Assembly (NCBI GenBank): GCA_026986575.1
Contig: JALSOH010000004.1
Coordinates: 288,001 to 352,000 of the forward strand
DNA from: Thermoproteota archaeon
Lineage (GTDB): Archaea; Korarchaeota; Korarchaeia; Korarchaeales; Korarchaeaceae
Direction: 5' to 3'
Length of the DNA: 64,000 bases
This document shows, in pieces, positions 28,068-36,788 of the stretch. The position numbers and the translations under genes are program-made. Numbering within the stretch: position 1 is the stretch's first letter; each line of letters starts with the position of its first letter. Under the pieces are notes generated by a model. That model was not told the DNA's origin. It saw only the letters and a list, made by a program, of their open reading frames with translations, and searched no databases.

Positions 28068-29363
28068 ATGGAGAAGCGGAATATCATAATACTCTCACTG
28101 GTTGGATTCGTCATATCCCTGGGATTCGGTGCTATATCTCCAATCCTCCCCTACTACGTGGTCTACTTGGAGGGAGGGATAACTGAGCTCCCCGAGGAAC
28201 TGGGCGTCATCGAGCATGCCTCCCAGTACGCCGTGGAGTATGGTCTGATGATGTCCGCGTTCATGCTAACCCGGGCCTTCTTCGCTAGGTACTTCGGCTC
28301 CCTCAGCGATAGAGTTGGAAGGAAGAAGTTGATAACAGCAGGCTCGATCATATATTCGCTTCTGGCCTATGCGTACATCCTTTCCTCGAGCGTTTACGAC
28401 CTTTATGCTATCAGAGGCCTTCAGGGAATTGCTTCAGCCATGGTCTGGCCCGTCGCCGAGGCATTGCTGATGGACAGCGTTCCGAGCGGGATGAGGGGGA
28501 GATCCATGGCGATATACATGACCTTGACGAATCTAGCAATGATTGGGGGTCCAGCCATAGGCGTGGGTATCTACAAATTAGGTATCCACATATTGGGGAT
28601 AAGAGAGGTTGAACAGGCGCTCAAGTTCCCTTTCATCGGCTTAGCGTTTATATCGGCGTTCTCCATTCTCTTCTCTTTACTACTCAAAGAAGATAGAGTG
28701 GAACTCGCTAAAAAGGCGATGGATTCGCTCAGAGCAGATGTCAGACCTCCCAAATCCATCAGAAGAAGCATAAACACGATTTATGTTATGGCATTGGCTA
28801 ACGGATTTGCGATGGGATTCATAGCCCCAATAATGAGCCTCTACATAATACAATTCATTTCGTCGGACCCGGCCGCAATTGCAGTGGTCACCACGATCTC
28901 TGGGCTCTTTGGATTAGCAGCTGCCTACCCTGGAGGGAGGTTGAGTGACAGATTTGGGCGGAAACCACTGATCTTGATAGCTGGGGTCTTCTCACGTCTC
29001 ATGACCCTGCTTATACCCACCGCTAGAGATGTCGAGGGACTCACAGTCATATCCACCATCAGATCCGTCGCATTCAACATGTACATACCCTCGTTTAGAG
29101 CGCTCCAGGCTGATATAGCCCCAAAGAGCATAAGGGGGAAGGTGTTCGGGACAGTGCAAGCTATGTTCAATGTTGGAGCGGTTTTGGGACCGATAGTTGG
29201 CGGCCAGCTCTACAAAGACTTCGCTCCTCGGATCATACAGGTTGGGGGTATCGTCCTACCGGGTGCCGCGCTATCTTTCATAGCCAGCGCTTCCATCGGA
29301 TTGTTCAGTCTGCTATTGTTCGCTCTGTTCGTGGAAGAGCCAGCTAATCCCCAAGGACAGTAA
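28068..29363 (+). CDS. MFS transporter
   Basis: GSLSDRVGRK and GRLSDRFGRK; start moved to ATG 28068 behind AGGAGG. Confidence 0.9.
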   Translation: MEKRNIIILSLVGFVISLGFGAISPILPYYVVYLEGGITELPEELGVIEHASQYAVEYGLMMSAFMLTRAFFARYFGSLSDRVGRKKLITAGSIIYSLLAYAYILSSSVYDLYAIRGLQGIASAMVWPVAEALLMDSVPSGMRGRSMAIYMTLTNLAMIGGPAIGVGIYKLGIHILGIREVEQALKFPFIGLAFISAFSILFSLLLKEDRVELAKKAMDSLRADVRPPKSIRRSINTIYVMALANGFAMGFIAPIMSLYIIQFISSDPAAIAVVTTISGLFGLAAAYPGGRLSDRFGRKPLILIAGVFSRLMTLLIPTARDVEGLTVISTIRSVAFNMYIPSFRALQADIAPKSIRGKVFGTVQAMFNVGAVLGPIVGGQLYKDFAPRIIQVGGIVLPGAALSFIASASIGLFSLLLFALFVEEPANPQGQ

Positions 29364-29748
29364 CTATTACCTTTCTAGTGCGTGGATGGGTGTCCACTTC
29401 AACCCATATGATGCTCTGCCAAGTTCCCAATGCTAGAGATCCGCCGATCACAGGGAACACCTTACTGGGTTCCATTAGGATGGATCTGAGATGGGAATGC
29501 GCATTTATAGGGTGCTTGTATCCAGCGCCACGGGGGATGATCCTCTCAAGGGCCTCACTTAAATCCTCTAGCAGGGATGGATCGTTCTCGTTGATTATAA
29601 TGGCCCCGGTAGCGTGGGGCGCAAAGACCACGGCTATTCCATCTCTAATTCCGCTCTTCTCAACTATCTCCTGAACATTATCTGTTATATCGATGAAGTT
29701 GATCTCCCCGCCCGTCTTGAATGAGAAGGTAGATGTAACTACCTTCAA
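29344..29748 (-). CDS. yjbQ: YjbQ/UPF0047 family protein
   Basis: DITD, PHATGA, NAHSHL, LGTWQ; start TTG behind GGTGA. Confidence 0.9.
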   Translation of the reverse strand: MKVVTSTFSFKTGGEINFIDITDNVQEIVEKSGIRDGIAVVFAPHATGAIIINENDPSLLEDLSEALERIIPRGAGYKHPINAHSHLRSILMEPSKVFPVIGGSLALGTWQSIIWVEVDTHPRTRKVIVTVLGD

Positions 29749-29793
29749 GGTCCACTCACCTCGCACCCAAAACGCGGTAAAATGTAAATCTTC

Positions 29794-30495
29794 ATGGGGG
29801 TTCCACAGCCTGTGGGGCTGAGGGAAGAGGCTCTGAGGAGCATCCACCTCCTAGTGAGCGGTAGATGGGACAGGATCCCAGACAGCCTCCTCTCATACTT
29901 CGAGGAGGAGCTAGGAGGGGAGGACCCATGCGGAGACCCAGTTGGAGTGGCCTTTCTCCTCATAAAACTCGGGGTGAGCCCCGAGAAAGCGATAGCGCTC
30001 CTCGATTGGAAGGATTTCGAGGGATTATGCGAGAGAGGACTTCAAATATCCGGATTTTCCACTAAGAGAGGTCTTCGATTCACACTACAAGGAAAGAGGT
30101 ATGAGATAGATGTAGTGGCTTCCGACAATGAGGTGACACTGGCTCTCGATTGCAAGATGTGGTCGAAGGGAAGCTCTCCCAAGGTTTACAAAATACTTGA
30201 GGCTACCGAGCACCAATATATGAGGACAATAGCCCTGAAACAAGCTATTGAACGACGCTTATTAGAGGATGTTCATCCAAAGCCAGGACATGGTGTCCTA
30301 GTACCGTGTGTCGTCACTTGGCTAGATTTCGGCACCAAACTATCTAAATCAGGTGTCCCCATAGTCCCGATTTCCAAGTTCCCTTCCTTCGTGAACGACA
30401 TCAGATCCTTCTTAGAAGGGATAGCTGCCTTGGAGGCCAATTTCAGGGTTAAGATTGGGAGAGAAGCTTCCTCACAGCATCGGTTACCCCTCTGA
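29794..30495 (+). CDS. PD-(D/E)XK restriction-endonuclease-like protein
   Basis: WKDFE, YEIDVVA, ALDCK. Confidence 0.75.
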   Translation: MGVPQPVGLREEALRSIHLLVSGRWDRIPDSLLSYFEEELGGEDPCGDPVGVAFLLIKLGVSPEKAIALLDWKDFEGLCERGLQISGFSTKRGLRFTLQGKRYEIDVVASDNEVTLALDCKMWSKGSSPKVYKILEATEHQYMRTIALKQAIERRLLEDVHPKPGHGVLVPCVVTWLDFGTKLSKSGVPIVPISKFPSFVNDIRSFLEGIAALEANFRVKIGREASSQHRLPL

Positions 30496-31735
30496 GGCTC
30501 ACAGTCGTTCTCGCCTGCTCCGTGTAGAGCGTGACGGTTTCGGATTCTTCCTCCTTGGGACCCACGAACGCCATGATTTCAGCCCCCAATTTACGAGCGT
30601 ACTCCCTCTGACCTGACTGGCTCCTTCTCATCAGATCGAGGGAAACGTAGAACCCTCCTCTCCTCAGAATCTCAGCGACCCTCCAAGCGTATTTCCAGCT
30701 ATCCCTCTTGACGCTGATCACGAACACCTGCACGTAACTCCTCTCATCCAAGTTGAAGATCCCGAGCTCCAGTCCAGCATCGATGAGTCGCTCAACGCCC
30801 ACGCTCACTCCAGTAGCCGGGACATCTCTGTTAGAGTACATGCCAATTAGCCTGTCGTATCTTCCACCCCCGGCCAGTGAACCTATTCTGGGCTCCCTAA
30901 CCACTGTCTCGAACACAGGTCCGGTGTAGTACTCAAGACCTCTAACCAGCGACAGGTCGAAGATCAGTCTCTCATCACCTACTATAGAGAAGATCTCCTC
31001 CAAGTGTTTGAGTGCCTCGGAAACAGCTTCATTCCTCATCGAGCTCAAACCCTCGACCATTTCGGAGAACCGGCCCCTCTTGGAGATGAGGTCCATTATT
31101 CTATCGACCAGATCCTCATGCATTCCCTTAGATAGGAGCTCTGCCCTCACTCCTCCTTCACCGATCTTGTCCAGCTTATCTATAGATCTGTAGACGGGGA
31201 TCGGATTGGAAATACCGAGTTCCTCCTCGAAGACGCCCGTTAGGAGCCGTCTGTCGTTCAATTTCACTGTGAAATCCCTGAAACCGAATTCCCTCATTAC
31301 CTCGATGTTCAGGCTTATCACCTCGGCGTCGGCCTCGGGATAGGGGCTGCCCACCACATCCGCATCGCACTGCCAGAATTCCCTGTACCTACCTCTCTGA
31401 GGTTCCTCGTGCCTCCATACTCTCCCTATGTGATACCTCTTGAACGGTAAAGGCGTCTCCGGGTGCATGGCCATGTACCTAGCTAGGGGAAAGGTAAGCT
31501 CGTACCTCAAGGTGTACCACTCCTTGCTGAGGAAGTCCGGAAATATGAACATGAGCCGGCTCTCTGCCTCCTCACCCAATTTGCCCTTGACGGTCTCCCA
31601 GTACTCCAATGCGGGAGTCTCGAACGGGTCGAAGCCGTAGCGCTTGAACACCTCCTCTATCCTCGACATGATTCGCTTCCTTAGGATCATAAATGGAGGG
31701 GGGAAGTCCCTGAACCCCCTCGGTATTGAGACCAA
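30449..31735 (-). CDS. hisS: Histidyl-tRNA synthetase
   Basis: PRGFRD, WRHEEPQRGRYREFWQCD, VRGLEYYTG, GGGRYD, GVERL. Confidence 0.96.
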   Translation of the reverse strand: MVSIPRGFRDFPPPFMILRKRIMSRIEEVFKRYGFDPFETPALEYWETVKGKLGEEAESRLMFIFPDFLSKEWYTLRYELTFPLARYMAMHPETPLPFKRYHIGRVWRHEEPQRGRYREFWQCDADVVGSPYPEADAEVISLNIEVMREFGFRDFTVKLNDRRLLTGVFEEELGISNPIPVYRSIDKLDKIGEGGVRAELLSKGMHEDLVDRIMDLISKRGRFSEMVEGLSSMRNEAVSEALKHLEEIFSIVGDERLIFDLSLVRGLEYYTGPVFETVVREPRIGSLAGGGRYDRLIGMYSNRDVPATGVSVGVERLIDAGLELGIFNLDERSYVQVFVISVKRDSWKYAWRVAEILRRGGFYVSLDLMRRSQSGQREYARKLGAEIMAFVGPKEEESETVTLYTEQARTTVSLRGVTDAVRKLLSQS

Positions 31736-31746
31736 AATTTTCCACC

Positions 31747-32890
31747 CTAGGCTGCGAGCACCTGCTCCCATATATCGTTGATCTTGGCTCTCTTCTCGTC
31801 GGTCATCACTGGAGATAGATACAACCTCTTCATGAGGTCAGGTGGAGGTATGAGAGCGGGCTCCTCAGCCAGCTCAGACGGGAGGAGCTTCTTGGTTGCC
31901 GGTATGGGCATCGCTATGTAGACGGAGATCGTCTTGTAAGCCGCCACCAGCGGATCTATGAGGTAGTTTATGAGAGCTTGGGCGGCCTCCGGATTAGGAG
32001 CATCCTTGGGGACGAGCAGGTTGTCTATCCAGGCTATCGCTCCCTCCTCCGGAATCAGGTACGATATGTTCTTGAACCCGTCGCCGTACTTCATAGTGAG
32101 CACATCCCCGTTGTAGGCGTGGGCGGCCAGCAGAGACCCGTTCTCTAATCCCGGTAGGTACTTGTCCGTGCTGAAGTAACCCGCTATATACGGTTTCTGC
32201 TTAATGAGGGCCTCCTTAACCTCCTCCATCGTGGAATCACTCCAGTCATCTAATTCCTTTCCTAAGTACAGTTTGGTGGCGAACACGACCTCAGGCGGAT
32301 CCTCCAGCATAGAGAACTTCCTCTTATACTTCTGCAAGTAATTAGGATCGAAGAATTGCTTCCAACTCCTCAGATCCTTTACCTCGTCAGAGTTGAGTCC
32401 TATGGCCGTACTACCGAATCCATACGGGACCGAATAGTTGTTCCCAGGATCATATTCAAGTTCCCTGAACTTGGGATCCAAGTACTTCAGGTTGGGAATA
32501 AGCTCCTTATCCAGCTTCCTGACGTATCCCCTCTCTATGGCATTTCTCACGTACTTATCGGTGAGCACCACAATGTCGTAGCCGCTCCCACCCGCCTCGA
32601 GCTTAGCAAATGCTTCATCATCACTGTCGAACACATCATAGACCACTTTGACGCCAGTCTCGTCCTTGAAGAGCTCGAAGACGAAGGGGTTGTTGTTATT
32701 GCTCCAGTCGTACATGGCGACCTTCCCAGAGAGCTCTCTCTTGGCCTCGCTCGCTTCCCGCTCAACCTTCGCCTGAGAGACGGAAGATCCATAAAAGTAG
32801 CCGACAGAACCACCGACGATTAAACCGGCAGTCCCAACGACTGCTAACTTGATGAAATCTCTCCTAGAGGTGAACTAAATCCCCCATCAT
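31747..32890 (-). CDS. PotD/PotF-family solute-binding protein with Tat signal; needs a +1 frameshift near 32872 (about 380 aa)
   Basis: Body YDW..FKDETGVKVVYD, YSVPY, IPEEG..WIDN; frame extends to TSRRDFIKLAVVG... but has no start codon and is closed by TAG at 32877-32875; MMGDLV lies in the adjacent frame. Confidence 0.85.
32864..32890 (-). CDS. Leader peptide (M)MGDLVHL (His-sensing uORF)
   Basis: ATG ATG GGG GAT TTA GTT CAC CTC TAG, SD GGGGTGA, ATGA overlap with the hisD stop. Confidence 0.7.
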   Translation of the reverse strand: MMGDLVHL

Positions 32891-34170
32891 GTCACCCCGT
32901 TGCTGGGGCCTGTATCAGGCCCCTTATAAATTTTTCCTCTAACCTCGGCGGATCTGGCGTGGTACTCCAACCCCTCCAACCTAGCGAACTTAGCGACCCT
33001 CTCGGAGATCGAGGCTTGGGCCTCTAGGGTCCCACTCTGCCTGTAAACATATATTCCAGAGAAGTCCCTGAAGAACGAGAACGGGCTAAGGCCAGGCCTC
33101 TCCGTCAGGGTACCTCCAGTGGGCAGGATGTGATTCGCTCCCGTGTAACCGTAATCACCGTACACTACTCCTACGCCCTCGAATACGGCTCCAGCTAGCC
33201 TTGCATCGAATTTCCCCATTATCTCCAGATGTTCAGGTGTGAAAACATCGCTGAAATTCTCCAAGGATCTCTTGTCCCCATACAGTATGCCGCCCCTCTC
33301 CATGAGGGAAGAGACCCTCCCATCCCCCGAATATTTATCGAGCTCCTCTCTCAGCCTGAGCGCCAGTTCCCTAGAAGTGACGAGGACTAGAGAAATGGAG
33401 TCGGGTCCGTGCTCCGCTTGAGCGAGCATATCCATGACCACGAACTCGATGGGAAAGCTACCATCGTAGAGAATGAGAACCTCCGACGGTCCCGCTAGGA
33501 GATCTATTCTCACATCCCTCGAAACGACTGCCTTGGCAGCTGTCACGTAGGAGTTCCCGGGTCCCACGATCATATCAACTGGCTCTAGGCCGACTTCAGG
33601 AAGTCCGTAGGCGAGAGAAGCTATTGCTTGGATCCCACCAACTCTCAGAACCTCATCTATGCCCAGTCGGGCAGCCAATCCTTCTATAAGTCCGGAGTTC
33701 CTAGGAGGCGTAGCCACGACGAATTCTTCAACTCCCGCCGCCCTAGCGGGGGCTATTGCCATAAGCAGGGAGGAGGGGAGGGGGTGCCTGCCCCCAGGAA
33801 CGTAGACACCGACCCTCTTCACAGGCTCCGATACCTTATCCTCCCTTATCCACTCCAGTCGGGTCTTGAAACCCCCAACGAAGCATTCCCTCCCATCCAA
33901 CAGGGATACAGCGCAGGTGTATAACCTCTCGTAGGGCTCTAACACGAATTCGTCTACTCTGTAGTCATGCGGGGCTCCATATACCTCCTCCTCGGCTAAT
34001 CTAATCCCGTCGAATTTCTCGGTCAGATGTAACACACTTTTCAGTCCTCTCTCCCTCACCTCACTCACTAGGCTGGCGGCGACCTCGACTGGTAAGCTGA
34101 TCCTCTCGCGGAGCTTGGAGAAGGCTTCATTCCAGAGCTCCCTTACGTCACCGAAGAGGGCCAGTTCCAT
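32887..34170 (-). CDS. hisD: Histidinol dehydrogenase
   Basis: GVYVPGG, GGIQAIA, GPGNSYV, AGPSE, AQAEH, PEHL, GDY..GANHILPT, H at LEYHARS. Confidence 0.88.
   Translation of the reverse strand: MELALFGDVRELWNEAFSKLRERISLPVEVAASLVSEVRERGLKSVLHLTEKFDGIRLAEEEVYGAPHDYRVDEFVLEPYERLYTCAVSLLDGRECFVGGFKTRLEWIREDKVSEPVKRVGVYVPGGRHPLPSSLLMAIAPARAAGVEEFVVATPPRNSGLIEGLAARLGIDEVLRVGGIQAIASLAYGLPEVGLEPVDMIVGPGNSYVTAAKAVVSRDVRIDLLAGPSEVLILYDGSFPIEFVVMDMLAQAEHGPDSISLVLVTSRELALRLREELDKYSGDGRVSSLMERGGILYGDKRSLENFSDVFTPEHLEIMGKFDARLAGAVFEGVGVVYGDYGYTGANHILPTGGTLTERPGLSPFSFFRDFSGIYVYRQSGTLEAQASISERVAKFARLEGLEYHARSAEVRGKIYKGPDTGPSNGVT
32905..32936 (-). promoter_or_regulatory. Internal BRE/TATA at the hisD 3' end followed by a perfect 8-bp inverted repeat
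   Basis: GAAAAA-TTTATAA (32936-32924), then GGGGCCTG-ATA-CAGGCCCC (32923-32905). Confidence 0.55.
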
Positions 34171-34247
34171 AGGCGAGGATCCCGTGAATCCCGTAATAAG
34201 CTTGATGTGGAGGAGAGCTTATAACGTCGTGACAACCTCTCTCCAAG

Positions 34248-34628
34248 ATGAGTACTGTAATACAGGCGCTCTTTGAGACGGTGAGGACCCTGTCACTCGC
34301 TGGGGAGTTCCTTCCCGAGGACAGGCTCTCCTCGATAGTGGACCTCATGGCTAGGATCTACGTGGAAGAACTTCCTATCACGGATAAGACCTCTTTTCTG
34401 GAGAGCTTCGAGCTAGTTAAGAGCGCCATACTGGCTAAACCGCCCACAGATGAGGATGAGGATATAGTTAGGCTTGCGACTTACAACCTGAGGCAGATGG
34501 AGGAGAAGCTTGGACTGGATCAGGACAAGCTCAGGGACATTTTCCTCAGGAGAATAGAGGAGGATCTGGGAGAGAACCTAGCTAACCTAGTGACCCTATT
34601 CGAGAGATCTATAAGGGCCTTGGGCTAG
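34248..34628 (+). CDS. Hypothetical alpha-helical protein
   Basis: 126 aa ORF with host-like codon usage, TATA about 25 nt upstream. Confidence 0.65.
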   Translation: MSTVIQALFETVRTLSLAGEFLPEDRLSSIVDLMARIYVEELPITDKTSFLESFELVKSAILAKPPTDEDEDIVRLATYNLRQMEEKLGLDQDKLRDIFLRRIEEDLGENLANLVTLFERSIRALG

Positions 34629-35138
34629 CTCTCTGAACATTTTCCTGTAGATCTTGGCCTTCTCAATGACCACTTCCCTCTCCCTCCTGAACCTCCTTAT
34701 TTCGTCCTCGCTGAGCTCCCTTACCACCTTGGCTGGTACGCCAAGCACGAGGGTGGCTGGAGGTACCTCCTTCCCCGGTGGGACGAGGGCTCCTGCGCCC
34801 ACCACGGCAGCCTCCCCGACGATGGCGCCATCCAGCACTCTAGCGCCTATCCCAATGACCGCATCCTCTAACACCTTGGCCCCGTGAATTACTGCTGAAT
34901 GGGATATCAGGGCCCCTCTGATCTCCACAGGATGACCCGCTGGAGCTTCTACAAGACATAGTTCGAGTATCCCGGTCTCAGGGCCGATGACCACTGAGTC
35001 ATCATCACCCCTCACCACGCTGCCGAAGTAGATGGCGCTGTCCTCGAGCAGGGTCACATCCCCAGCCACCCGCGCGCCAGGATCGACAAACGCTGTCTCA
35101 TGGATCGAGGGCCTCTTATCCCTGAAGGGGACTATCAT
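34596..35138 (-). CDS. Gamma-carbonic-anhydrase/PaaY-family hexapeptide-repeat protein
   Basis: PSIHETAFV, VVRGD, GVPAKVVREL; start ATG 35138 behind GAGGTGA. Confidence 0.88.
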   Translation of the reverse strand: MIVPFRDKRPSIHETAFVDPGARVAGDVTLLEDSAIYFGSVVRGDDDSVVIGPETGILELCLVEAPAGHPVEIRGALISHSAVIHGAKVLEDAVIGIGARVLDGAIVGEAAVVGAGALVPPGKEVPPATLVLGVPAKVVRELSEDEIRRFRREREVVIEKAKIYRKMFRELAQGPYRSLE

Positions 35139-35148
35139 CTCCCTCACC

Positions 35149-36660
35149 TCATCCCGCGCGCATGTCCCCACGCTCCTGATACCTCATGTGCCAAGACAGG
35201 GCCTCCCCGTGCAGCAGGGGCATGTGACCCCCAACCTCCTGGATCGCCCTCTCAAAGTACTCAAGGAGTTGATCCCTGTAATCCGGATGTGCACAGTTCT
35301 CTATGAGATCTCTTGCTCTCTCTCTAGGAGACTTTCCCCTCAGATCGCACACTCCCTGCTCGGTTACGACCACATCGACATCGTGATCTATGTGATCGAC
35401 ATGGCTAACCATAGGGACTATGCAGCTGATCCTCCCGTCCTTCCTGATGGAGGGCGTTATGAATATACTCATGTAAGCGGCTCTGGCGAAGTCCCCGGAC
35501 CCCCCTATGCCATTTATCACATGCGTACCCATGATGTGGGTGCTGTTAACGAATCCGTAGATGTCCACCTCCACGGCAGTGTTCATGGCTATGACCCCCA
35601 GCCTCCTGATTACCTCCCAATCGTTGGTGACGGACTGAGGTCTCAAGACGGTCATCTCCCTGAAATCTCCTAGGTTGGAGAAGAAGAATTCCCTGCCCTT
35701 GGGTGAAAGCATCAGGGAAGTCGCTGAAATGTACTCCATCTCGCCAGCGGACATCATCTTATAGAACGAGTCCTGAGCCACCTCCGTCCAGGCCCTTAGA
35801 CCCCTTATCCCGGCTTCAGCCAGAGCGGACATCACGGCATCTTGCACGGTGCCCACGCCGGACTCTATCGGTAGCATTCTCTCTGGAATGCGCCCCTCCT
35901 CAATCTCCCTCTCTAGGAAGCCAAGGAGGTTGTCCGCTATCTTCCTCTCCACGGGGCCTGGCTCCCCGACATCCCCTCCCCTATCATGACCGTGGGACTC
36001 CACTATGGCCACTATCTTGCCCTCGGGTACAGCTAGCCTGTCCCTCCCTATCCTATCGCTCACATCCCTCACCGGTATGGGCTCCCGGTTGGGCGGGATT
36101 CCAGGGGAGTATATGTCGTGCACGCCGATCAGCTCATCAGGTATATCCGGATTCACCTCTACGATGACTTCTTTCGCCTCAGAGACGAATGCATCCACAG
36201 CTCCCACGCTCATCGACGGTACAATCCCCTCCTCATCCACGTAAACGGCCTCTATCACCGCTAGATCCAACGGCCCTATCTTCGAGCTGAGGAAACCCGA
36301 CCTCAAGTACTGGGGCCACTCTCCCAGATGAAAATCGTAAAACTCCACCTTACCCGAGTTTATGAGATTCCTCATCACAGGACTGTACTGATAGGGATAC
36401 CTCCTCTCCACGAGGTTTCTCTCTCCCAGTATCTGATCCACCTGATAGGCAGAGGCTCCTGTGAGTAGAGAGATCTTCGCGGACATCCTTCCCTCATCGT
36501 AAAGCTCCGCTATAGTCTTTGGAATAGTTTTAGGATATCCTGAGGAACCGAACCCGCTTATACCAATGCTCACCTTCTTCCTATCGGATATAACCCTAAG
36601 AACGGCACTCTCAGGATCAGTAACCAAGTGACTGAGCCCCTTTACCCTTCCCTCTAGCGT
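35149..36660 (-). CDS. Acetyl-CoA hydrolase / succinate CoA-transferase (possible ACG start; track start 36627)
   Basis: SGFG..GYPK, TGAS, WTEVAQD, NGIGGSGDF, VVTEQG, NCAHPDYR. Confidence 0.9.
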   Translation of the reverse strand, partial: TLEGRVKGLSHLVTDPESAVLRVISDRKKVSIGISGFGSSGYPKTIPKTIAELYDEGRMSAKISLLTGASAYQVDQILGERNLVERRYPYQYSPVMRNLINSGKVEFYDFHLGEWPQYLRSGFLSSKIGPLDLAVIEAVYVDEEGIVPSMSVGAVDAFVSEAKEVIVEVNPDIPDELIGVHDIYSPGIPPNREPIPVRDVSDRIGRDRLAVPEGKIVAIVESHGHDRGGDVGEPGPVERKIADNLLGFLEREIEEGRIPERMLPIESGVGTVQDAVMSALAEAGIRGLRAWTEVAQDSFYKMMSAGEMEYISATSLMLSPKGREFFFSNLGDFREMTVLRPQSVTNDWEVIRRLGVIAMNTAVEVDIYGFVNSTHIMGTHVINGIGGSGDFARAAYMSIFITPSIRKDGRISCIVPMVSHVDHIDHDVDVVVTEQGVCDLRGKSPRERARDLIENCAHPDYRDQLLEYFERAIQEVGGHMPLLHGEALSWHMRYQERGDMRAG

Positions 36661-36690
36661 TTCGATCCCCCGACGAATGAGAGGGAGATA

Positions 36691-36756
36691 AAGAATAACT
36701 TAGCTCAGGTCCAGCCACATAGCCAAGAATAACTTAGCAATGTTTATTAACTAAGC
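36691..36756. repeat. 14-bp direct repeat AAGAATAACTTAGC x2 plus partial third copy; candidate operator
   Basis: 36691-36704, 36725-36738 and TAACTAAGC at 36748-36756, in a divergent promoter region. Confidence 0.65.
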
Positions 36757-36788
36757 TATGTTAAACTTTGTGACGAAGGTGCCCTCCG

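Noticed and set aside
29794-30495. Nuclease as part of a defence system
   Set aside because: Solitary PD-(D/E)XK gene among housekeeping genes, with no methylase or partner.
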